This document shows, piece by piece, positions 48,526 to 58,975 of a stretch of DNA of 64,000 bases. Made by a program: the position numbers and the translations under genes. Positions within the stretch are counted from its first letter, which is position 1. Each line of letters begins with the position of its first letter. The notes beneath the pieces were generated by a model. That model ran no database searches and was not told where the DNA came from. It saw only the letters and a program-made list of their open reading frames with translations. The DNA comes from the human T2T-CHM13v2.0 reference genome, Homo sapiens. The stretch lies in the NCBI RefSeq assembly GCF_009914755.1, contig NC_060938.1, one strand, 5' to 3'.

Positions 48526-50056
48526 AAGAATGGTTCAACTCTATGAGATGAATGCACACATCACAAATAAATCTCTCAGAAAGCTTCTGTCTACATTTTA
48601 TATGAAAATATTTCCTTTTTCACCATAGGCCTCAAAGCACTCACAAATATCCCTTTGCAGACTCTACAAGGAGTTTCCCATCTGCTCAATGAAAAGAAAC
48701 CTTTACCTCTGTGAGATGAATGCACACATTACAAAGCAGTTTCTCAGAAACCTTCTGTCTAGTTTTTATGTGAAGTTATTTCCTTTTTCCCCATAGGCCT
48801 CAAAGTGCTCACAAATATTCCTTTGCTGATCCTACAAAAAGACTGTTTCCAGACTGCTCAATCAAAAGAATGTTTCAACAGTGTGAGATGAGTGCACACA
48901 TCACACAGAAGTGTCTCAGAAAGCTTCTGTCCCAAGTGAAGATATTAATTTTTCACCACAGGCCTCAAAGCATTCACAAATATCCCTTTGCAGATTCTAC
49001 AAAAAGACTGTTTCCAATATGCTCTATCAATAGAAAGGTTTAACTCTGTGAGATGAATTCACACATCACAAAGCAGTTTCTCAGAAACCTTCTTTCTAGT
49101 TTTTATGTGAAGATATTTCCTTTTTCACCATAGGCTTCAAAGTGCTCAGAAATATCCTTTTGCAGATTTTACAAAAAGATTGTTACCAAACTGCTCAATC
49201 AAAAGAATGGTTCAACTCTGTGAGATGAGTGCACACATCACAAAAAAAGTTTCTCAGAAAGCTTCTGTCTAGTTTTTATGTGAAGATATTTCCTTTTTCA
49301 CCATTGGCCTCCAAGCACTCACAAATATCCCTTTGTTGATTCTACAAAAATACTGTTTCCAAACTGCTCAATCAAAAGAATAGTTTAACTCTGTGAGATG
49401 AATGCATACATAACCAGGAAGTTTCTCAGAAACTTCTGTCAAGTTTTTATGTGATGATATTTCCTTTTTCACCATAGGCCTCAAACTGCTCACAAATATC
49501 CCTTTGCAGATTCTAGAAGAAAAGAGTTTCTCATTTGCTCAATGAAAATAAACATTTACCTCTGTGAGATGAATGCACACATCACAAAGCAGATTCTCAT
49601 AAACCTTCTTTCTAATTTTTATGTGAAGATATTTCCTTTTTCACCATAGGCCTCAAAGCTCTCAGAAATATCCCTCTGCAGATTCTACAAAAACACCATT
49701 TCCAAGCATTTCAATCAAAAGAATGGTTTAACTCTGTGAGATGAATGCACATGTCACAAAGTAGTTTCTCAGAAAGCGTCTGTCTAGTTTTTATGTGAAG
49801 ATATTTCCTTTTTCACCATAGGCCTCAAAGCACTCACAAATACCATTTTGCAGATTGTACAAGAACAGAGTTTCCAGACTGATCAAAGGAATGAAACGTT
49901 TAACTCAGTGAGATGAATGCACACATCACAGAGCAGTTTCTCAGAAACCTTCTTTATAGTTTTTATGTGAAGGTATTTCCTTTTTCACCATGGCCTCAAA
50001 GCACTCACAAATATCCCTTTGCAGATTCTACAACAACGGAATTTCCAAACTGCTCA
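48526..50056 (-). repeat. Alpha satellite, distal 172-bp-type monomers; array ends at 50056
   Basis: AAGCAGTTTCTCAGAAACC and AAGAATGGTT variants; abrupt end after CCAAACTGCTCA. Confidence 0.95.
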
Positions 50057-50179
50057 TAATTAGTTTTTAGGACCAACATGAGCATTTAGACACACTGCTT
50101 GTGGTGCAGCACACATGTATTATCCACACTGAAATTAGGAATTCAACTGAAGTTCATGTAGAGCCAAAAATGTGAATAT

Positions 50180-50390
50180 TTGGGAGACCTCAGAGATGAT
50201 CTAGCTCACTTTATTTTGTAGAAAAGAAAACAGGTTCAGGGAAAGGGCATGCATTGCCTAAGGTGATTCAGCAGCTTTGGCACAGAAACACAACACACTT
50301 AAGGTGACTCTTCAGGTTTGGAGTAGAAACGCAATATAATCTCTGTTCTTTTGCGTCTCAGATCCAGAATTTTTTCACAATACTGAACTA
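50180..50390 (-). mobile_element. MIR relic
   Basis: GACCTCAGAGATGATCTAG...TTTTGTAGAAAAGAAAACAGGTTCAG...TTGCCTAAGGT resembles the MIR core (from memory). Confidence 0.55.
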
Positions 50391-50784
50391 CTTATGTTTC
50401 TGATTCCTTATTTTTTCTTTCTAAATTTTGCCAGTACTGTCTAACAAAGATCTATTCTTTACCATAAATATTTAAATTCGTTACCACTATTGTCTCTTTA
50501 TAAGTAAAATTACTAGTTGCTATTATAAATGATTATTCAATCACTTTTCATTTTTGGGGGGTTCAGTACAAAGTTAGTAACAAATAAACACTATTGGCCT
50601 TGGCAATGCAAGAGGAGCTCAAGTCCTCCAGGGCACGTCAGGAAAAGGCTAAATGACAGCTGTGCTGTGAGTGGACAGAATACAGCTCTCATACAGACTA
50701 TTGAGTATTTGATGTTCTTCAACAATTTCATTAATCTTCAGTTTTTTTCCTCTTTGAAGTGAAAGTCTGCTATGACTTTCAAGT

Positions 50785-51205
50785 TTCTTTTGAAATAATT
50801 ATAGATTCACAGGAAGTTGCAAAAGGTACAGGGATGTCTTAGGTACTACTCACTAATTCCAGTGGTGACATCTCACATAGCTATAGAGCATTATCAAAAC
50901 CTGGAAACTGACATAGGTACAATTCAGAAAGCTTACTCAGATTGCAACCGTTTTGTATGCATTCATTTTTGTATGTGTGTATGCGTGTGCGTGTGTTCTG
51001 TGCATTTTTATGTGGTGTAGATCTCTGCAACTACCACTTCCACAGTCAAGATACAGAACTGTAGCATCACCACCCGGCTCCAACTTGTGATCTTTGCTGA
51101 CACTCTGACACGTTTTCCTCCACCCCTTCCCCTTGGCAACCCCATAGCCTGTTCTCCATCTTTACAATTTTATTTCAATAATTTATATAAATGTAATTGT
51201 ACAAA
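50785..51205 (-). mobile_element. Ancient L1MC-type 3' end with a (TG)n stretch
   Basis: TTTGAAATAATTATAGATTCACAGGAAGTTGCAAAA...CAAGATACAGAACTG...GGCAACC...CTGTTCTCCATC is typical of antisense L1MC 3' ends. Confidence 0.8.
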
Positions 51206-51940
51206 ATCGTATTTTTAAATGGAAAAAACAAGTCACAAATAGTTTTGTTAGCACTGTAAAATAGTCTTTAACATTCATTTGTTTTATGTTCTATTTGTCT
51301 CAAAAAAATGTGCTTTGTTCTTTCCCATACTTTCTGATATCAGGATAGGAAATCAATACCAAACAAAACATTTCCATTCATTTTTTTCCACAGCTTGGTT
51401 TTCACTGTTGTTGCCCAACATTTATTGTTCCATTTACTCTTTCTCTCTGTTTTCCATCACATAAAAGTAACTTTGTGTTCTTTATCTCTTCTAAGAAAAC
51501 TTGGTAATGAGTCTTTAATGTGACGCCTGGACCACCCTTGTTTTGATTTTGTGTTATGGGTGTTCTTTTGTTTGATCATTCTCATGGAGAGTCCTTGTGA
51601 AGCTGGGATTTTCCAGTGGTTTGTCAAAATGGAAATAGATATTTAACAAACCAAACATAAAATGACCTTGCTCCAGGAATGCATCATTTCTGAGAAAACA
51701 CTACCTCTTCCAACTAGAGATTGTGAATATTACTCATATTATCCTTTACTCCCTTTATTAAAACTGTATTTTTTTTACACATTTGTATAACTCGGGTAAT
51801 GAAATGTGAAACTAAGTGATTGCCTACCAATTACAATTGGTGTTAACAATGCTACTGGGAGGCCACCCCTATAGTTGCTGCGCCGAGTTTAGGGACTTGC
51901 TAGCTTTGCTAAGTTACATGGGATTGCCTACATGCTAAAT

Positions 51941-52795
51941 GGAGGTGGGGGACTGGTCCGAGGACACAGCGGCGCCGCCCTGGCCAGACGTGGAAGCTAC
52001 AGACCGGGCCCCAGGCACTGGGCGGCTGAGAGCCGGAGGCGGGCTCACGATGGCGGACGACACTGCAGCATCCAGCGAGTCACCGCCAAGGGCACGCAAA
52101 CCCCAGGACCACGGCCACGAGTGCTGCCAGACGGGCCGCGTGGCGGGCTTCCGGCCCCGGACACAACAGCGATGTGCGCCGGGCAGGCGGGGGGCGCGCG
52201 GGCGAGGAGGACTGTGCCTTGGAGGGATGTTGGGGAGGAGGGGCGCTGCAGTAGCGGTGGGCTGGTTGCCGGGCAACCACCAGGGGTGGCGGTGAACCGC
52301 GGCGACCGGGACATGCTCCCCCACCCTCTCTCCGGCGGACCCTTCCTACTTGCCTTCCTCCCCCCACAACAAACCCACACTACCCACGATGCGTGACGAC
52401 GATGGCACGGGACCTTCCACCCCACCAGGGCCAACGAACCCTGCACCATGAGCTGCGTGAGGCACGAGGGAGCCCCTGAGGGAGGAACCCAGACTGCGGT
52501 GGTGGCCACGGGAACTCGGCCCCAGCCAGCTCTCTTCCCTCTCTGTTTTCGCGGGTGGCAGCGCCGCCCTCTCTCTCTTCCTTACAGCCGGGAGCCCCCC
52601 TTCCCCATGCCACCCAATGCCTGACCACACAGGGCCTGTTGGGGGGGGGGAGAAGGGGCGGGCATGGCGGCAGAGGAGGGCGGACGTCACCGGTCTGCAC
52701 TTGGGGGGACAGAGGGCCCCGGCAGGCCATGCGAGGGAACCCCCAGCCGTGCACCCCAAGGAGCCCGGAGGCACCCCCGGTGACTATTGATCAGC
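51941..52795 (-). pseudogene. rDNA ITS2, truncated before 28S
   Basis: GC-rich; reverse complement matches remembered human ITS2 motifs (GTCCTCGGACC, GTGTCGTCCGCC, CGTCCGCCCTCC); lies next to 5.8S. Confidence 0.85.
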
Positions 52796-52951
52796 AAGCG
52801 ACGCTTAGACAGGCATAGCCCTGGGAGGAACCCGGGCCACAAGTGCGTTCGAAGTGTTGATGATCAATGTGTCCTGCAATTCACATTAGTTCTCACAGCT
52901 AGCTGCGTTCTTCATCAACGCAGAAGGCCAGTGATCCACCGCTAAAAGTCA
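52796..52951 (-). rRNA. 5.8S rRNA pseudogene
   Basis: Reverse complement reads GACTTTTAGCGGTGGATCACT...GATGAAGAACGCAGCTAGC...TGAATTGCAGGACACATTGATCATC...CGTCGCTT, with many CpG transitions. Confidence 0.97.
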
Positions 52952-54007
52952 TACAAGGTGGATTTGGCAAGGGTGCTCCCAACACCCGGAGGCTCTACTG
53001 GCACAACAGGTGCCCCAGAGGGTTTACCTCAGGCTGGCCATTCAGACAGCAATGGGACCAGACTCCAGAGAGGGGTCGGAAGGTTTCACAACACAGGGAG
53101 GCAGTGCCGACCACGGGGGGGCGAACGCTGACAGCACCCCACGGGCGCCCAAGGATTCCCACCCCCACAGTGCAAGGCACAGGCCACACGCGCGGCACAC
53201 GTGCAATGGCACGACGGCCGCCGGTAAAGCCCCCACTGGTGTCAGCGGTGACACGCAAGTGCGGCGCGGCCCCGGCCAGCTGAGGGGACAGAGTCGGTGG
53301 GGGAGGTGAGAGGGGGCGGGCCCCTCCCGAACAGACTCCCCCGCAGGCCCACCACACCCAACCCACGGGAAGACGGGCGACCCCCCAAGGGGTTCGTAAA
53401 CCTCCCCGCCAGAACGCGCTAGGAACCTGGACGGTGGTGGCGGACGAGGAGGTGGGGACAGGCGTCCAGCCCCCTACCCTCGAGACGCCCTAGCGGGAAG
53501 GCTGGGGAGAGTGAGCAGGCCAGGCCGGGCCCAGTGGCATGGTGTGGCAGAGGCGAGGATGGTGGCAGCCACAGCAGTGATGGGAACCCGGCCGGCCCCA
53601 ACGGGAGCCGGCGGGATGGGGCCGAGCCAGTGGGACAGGGCGGGACGACAGCTCTGGCGGGGAGGGCACCGAGACCCCCACCCCACCGGGACACCGAGAA
53701 CCATTCCCGCACCCGCCGACACACACGTGGGGGCCACGGCAGGGGGCCGCTCCCCGCTGCTCACCAGGCCAGCAAGGCATCCAGCCCGCCCCATGATACG
53801 CACACATGGTTTCGTCCCCGCACGCGTGTCTCTCTCTCCCCCCTCTCCCTCCCGAGTTCTCCGGCTCTCGGGGCAGGCGGGGCCGTGCAACAAACAAAGG
53901 GCACAACCCCGCCCACACATGCGCCGCACGGGGAACATGGTCTGCCAAGGAGGAAGGATGCGGCGGCACTGCCGCGGCTTCACCCCCGCGGCTTCGCTCT
54001 TCTCAGT
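52952..54007 (-). pseudogene. rDNA ITS1
   Basis: GC-rich ~1.05-kb spacer between the 18S 3' end and 5.8S. Confidence 0.9.
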
Positions 54008-55876
54008 TAATGATCCCTCAGCAGGTTCACCTACCGAAACTTTGTTAGGACTTTTACTTCCTCTAGATAGTCAAGTTCGCCTGTCTTCTCAGTGCTCTGC
54101 CAGGGCAGTGGGCTGACCTGGCGGGGCCCATCCAAGGGCCTCACTAAACCATCCTATCAGTAGTAGCGACGGGCAGTGTGTACATAGGGCAGGGACTTCA
54201 GGTAAGCTTATGACCCACACTTACTGGAAATTCCTCCTTCATGGGGAATAATTGCAATCCCCCATCCCCATCACGAATGGGGTTCAACAGGTTACCCGCC
54301 TCTGCCACATAGGGTAGGCACACGCTGAGCCAGTCAGTGTAGTGCACGTGCAGCCCCGTACATCTAAGGGCATCACAGACCTGTTATTGCTCAATTTCCG
54401 GTGGCTGAACGCCACTTGTCCCTCTAAGAAGTTGGGGGACGCCGACCGCTCAGGGGTCGCGTAACTAGTTAGCATGCCAGAGTCTCGTTGGTTATCAGAA
54501 TTAACCAGACAAATCACTCCACCAACTAAGGCCATGCACCACCACCCATGGAACAGAGAAAGAGCTATCAATCTGTCAATCCTGTCCATGTCCGGCCGGG
54601 TGATTTTTCCCATGTTGAGTCAAATTAAGCCATAGGTGCCACTCCTGCTGGTCCCTTCCACCAATTCCTTTAAGTTTCAGCTTTGCAACCATACTCCCCC
54701 CGGAACCTAAAAACCCAAAGACTTTGGTTTCTTGGAAGCTGCCCAGCGGGTCATGGGAATAACGCCACCACATCGCCAGTTGGCATCGTTTATGGTCGGA
54801 ACTACCACTGTATCTGATCGTCTTCGAACCTCCGACTTTCGTTCTTGATTAATGAAAACATTCTTGGCAAATGCTTTCACTCTGGTCCGAACTGCGCCGG
54901 CCCAAGAATTTCACCTCTAGCGGCGCAATACGAATGCCCCCGCCCGTCCCTCTTAATCATGGCCTCAGTTCCGAAAACCAACAGAATAGAACCGCGGTCC
55001 TATTCCATTATTCCTAGCTGAGGTATCCAGGCGGCTCGGACCTGCTTTGAACACTCTAATTTTTTCAAAGTAAACGCTTCGGGCTGCAGGACACTCAGCT
55101 AAGAGCATCAGGGGGGCGCCAAGAGGCAAGGGGCGGGGATGGGTGGTGGCTCGCCTCGTGGCAGACCGCCCGCCCGCTCCCAAGATCCAACTACGAGCTT
55201 TTTAACTGCAGCAACTTTAATATATGCTATTGGAGCTGGAATTACTGCGGCTGCTGGCACTAGATTTGCCCTCCAATGGATCCTCATTAAAGGATTTAAA
55301 GTGGACTCATTCCAATTACAGGACCTCAAAAGAGTCCTGTATTGTTATTTTTCGTCACTACCTCTTCGGGTCGGGAGTGGGTAATTTGCATGCCTGCTGC
55401 CTTCCTTGAATGTGGTAGCCATTTCTCAGGCTCCCTCTCCAGAATCGAACTCTGATTCCCCGTCTCCCATGGTCACCATGGTAGGCACAGCAACTACCAT
55501 TGAAAGTTGATAGGGCAGACGTTCGAATGGGTCGTCCCTGCCACGGGGGGCGTGCGATTAGCCCAAGGCTATCTAGAGTCACCAAAGCCAGTGGCACCCG
55601 AACCCCTCCCCCGGCCTGGGCTGAAGAGGGGCTGACCCGGTTGGTTTTGATCTGATAAATGCACGCATCTTCCCCGCGAAGGGGATCAGTGCCCTTCGGC
55701 ATGTATTAGCTCTATAATTACCACAGTTTTGCAAGTAGGAGAGGAGAGAGTGACCAAAAGAACCCTAACTGATTTAATGAGCCATTCGCAATTTCACTGT
55801 ACCGGCCCTGTGTACTTAGACATGTATGGCTTAATCTTTGAGACAAGCATATGGTACTGGTAGGATCAACCACGTA
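54008..55876 (-). rRNA. 18S rRNA pseudogene, full length (~1869 nt)
   Basis: 5' end TACGTGGTTGATCCTACCAGT and 3' end GGTGAACCTGCTGAGGGATCATTA; GTGCCAGCAGCCGC and AAACTTAAAGGAATTG motifs; substitutions in invariant sites and small deletions (~54200, ~54530). Confidence 0.97.
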
Positions 55877-57870
55877 AGTAGAAAGCGGCCTCCGGGCCTC
55901 GCAAGGATGAGCCCGGAGTCCCAGTCACGAGGATGGGGCGGCAGGGCGGGCGACCGGGCGTGTGGGAGGGATGGAGCAGCTCGGGGCGGTGGGAGGGGGG
56001 TGGTGGAGCGGCGAACCAGAAATCCCATACACCCACAGTACACATCACCCCACGATGGGCTCACCACTCCCGACCCTTCGCGCCCACGTGCGAGGAGGCA
56101 GACCGCCCGACCCGTGAGCAGCAGCCGTGAGGGACCGGCGGCCACTCGCGCGTGGCAGGCGCAGGGCGGCCCCGACGTTTGGGCAGCAAACGAGAGGTGG
56201 ACCGCAGTGCCCGGGGTCTCAACGCCAGCGGCCTCCAAGCACCAAGGCGGCCCCGCGCGTCACCTGGAGCGGCCGACTGGCCTTCGGCGGGCCCGCGGCT
56301 CCCACACCGCCACCGCCATCGCAGCCAGCGCCCGGAACCCTCTTCCCTGCGCGCGCTGCAGGCCGACCCCAAACCCTCCGGGCACCCACCAGGCCCATGC
56401 GGGGCACCGCTGACCTGGTCCCGAAGGCGCGCGCCCAGGGACACGGACAATGGGCCAACCAGTGGCCGGTGGCGGTGCCACACAAGGCGGAGCAGGGTTT
56501 GGTCCCAGATGGGGCCACCACAGCCTAAGCCAGCAAGCTGCTCGGGGAGAGAGGATCCGTGGGCGGGGAGGGGGGCACAGACAGGCAAGGCCAGGGACCG
56601 CAAGGGCAAGGGCACCCAGGAGCCCGCAGAGGTGCGGCTTGGGCAGAAACCTCAGGCACGGCCGGGCCACCAGGAAAACACGGCCACGGGATCCCACCGC
56701 CACAGACACTAGGAAGGTCCCGTGGCGCCCCGCCTAGGATGCCAGATGGCCCTCGGCACCCACCGAGATCCGCCTCACGAGCCCGGGTCCTGCCATCGGG
56801 ACCCAGAAGCGACTGCAGCCACAAACCCAAAGCCAGGGCCACGTTGCGTGTTTCTCGTCCATCCTCCGACACGGTCAAGCTCTGGGAGACCAGCGCGCCC
56901 CCCACTTGGGACACTTCCCATGGCCAGGAGGCCCAATGCCCTGCCATGCAAACGCGGTCGTCGGCACCGGTCGCTGCTCCTCAGGGGAGCGGGTCACGTG
57001 CCGGACGGAACGCCGGGCACAGCCACCGCTCGCGCAGCCTCCCAACCGCTAGGACGCAGGCCCGGCCTGGCGGGATCCTCCCCCGACTCGGAAGGGGGAG
57101 GTGCGGGCCACACAGTAGGTGACGAGCCGCCCTCCATCCCCACCGCTGAGGCCAGGGGAACCCTCGCTCTCCCCACCTCACCCCGTCGAGGGGGAAGCGG
57201 AGGAGGGTCCCCTGCAAGCGAGTCACTATGGCAGCGCTACCATAACGCAGAGAGAGGCGGCAGGCAGGGGAATCCGGTACCCCAAAGGCACACCTGTCGG
57301 ATCGCTAGAGAAGGCTTTCTCACCGAGGGTGGGTCACACTCCCCACCCGCCAATCACCCCTCGTCGGGCCCGCAGAGGCACTCAGGGACGCCTGGGGAAG
57401 TGAGGGGGCCCGTGGTACCAGGAAAAATCTGCGTGCGGCAACTTTGAGCCTTCGCGGTCTGGGCGGGGGGCCTGGCCACTGTACGTGGGTGCAATCCCCC
57501 AAGTGCCCCCCCGTCCACCTGCCTCCTTTCTCCCAGGCAAAGCACCTCCAAGTAATCCCACACACAACCTGTCGGAGGCAGAACGGTAGCCCCTCGGTGG
57601 CCGGCCAGCGCATGCGTCACCTGCCCGAACCCACCGCGCTCGCTCACACGACCCGCGCGCACACGCCAGAGGGGAGCACGGGACCTGCACTTGCCAGACC
57701 AGGCGGCGCCCTTCCCTGCGTGGGAGGGGCGCGTCTCACTCAACCCCCTCGACCCCCACACCAACGAGCTCCCCCAGGACCCACTCTCGGACATCACGGT
57801 GGTGAATGGAGGAGGGGGAGCTGGGGGTGGGAACCACACACCACAGCTCGGCCTCTGGCACCTGAATGAT
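55877..57870 (-). pseudogene. rDNA 5'ETS, lacking its 5' portion and with an internal deletion
   Basis: Recognisable ETS motifs (CCCTCGGTGAGAAAGCCTTCTCTAGCGATC; miR-663 region); no transcription start GCTGACACGCTGTCC. Confidence 0.85.
56646..56760 (-). ncRNA. MIR663-family hairpin homolog within the 5'ETS
   Basis: Reverse complement of 56650-56671 is GGTGGCCCGGCCGTGCCTGAGG (miR-663b mature as recalled); 5' arm AGGCGGGGCGCCACGGGACC is miR-663a-like. Confidence 0.7.
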
Positions 57871-57893
57871 AAGATGGCGGGGGAAGGGGGGGA

Positions 57894-58012
57894 GCCGGGC
57901 GTGGTACGCTCACGCCTGTCATCCCTGCACTTTGGGAGGTGAGGGAAGGTGGATCCCTCGATCCAAGCCTTGGCAACATGGTGAAACCTCGTCTCTAAAA
58001 AAATACAAAAAC
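57894..58012 (+). mobile_element. Degenerate Alu left monomer
   Basis: GCCGGGCGTGG...CTCACGCCTGTCATCCC...AACATGGTGAAACCTCGTCTCT + A linker. Confidence 0.85.
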
Positions 58013-58058
58013 TAACTGGTTTCATAACCTGGACTCAAAATTAATAAATAGATAAATA

Positions 58059-58692
<634 letters not shown>

Positions 58693-58754
58693 GCCCTGTA
58701 TTCTGTTATTTTTACTTCCTACCCTGAGAAGAACATAATACAACTGTTGTCTGT

Positions 58755-58805
<51 letters not shown>
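58755..58805 (+). repeat. (CCTG)~12 tetranucleotide repeat at the tail position of an antisense Alu monomer
   Basis: Read directly from the sequence. Confidence 0.95.
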
Positions 58806-58806
<1 letters not shown>

Positions 58807-58975
58807 GACAGGGCCTCACTCTGTCTTTCACCCAGACTGGAGTGCACTGACACCATTATGGCTCACTCATTGCAGCCTCAAACTCCCCAGGGTTAGGCGA
58901 TTCCTCAAGGGATCCTACGGCCTCGGCCTCCCAAAGTGTTGGGGTTACAGGCGTGAGCCACCATCACCCGGCCTG
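58806..58975 (-). mobile_element. Old Alu monomer (FLAM/AluJ-like), antisense
   Basis: GACAGGGCCTCACTCTGT...CTCGGCCTCCCAAAGTG...GTGAGCCACCATCACCCGGCC. Confidence 0.85.

Noticed and set aside
52796-55876. Functional rRNA genes
   Set aside because: Mutations at invariant positions, small deletions, no promoter and no 28S
51932-58025. Many overlapping 100-240 aa ORFs
   Set aside because: GC-rich rDNA spacers lack stop codons in all frames; the products are low-complexity and unrecognisable
58755-58805. The rDNA p53-binding RGC element
   Set aside because: The tract is simple (GCCT)n and lacks the GGACTTGCCT half-site
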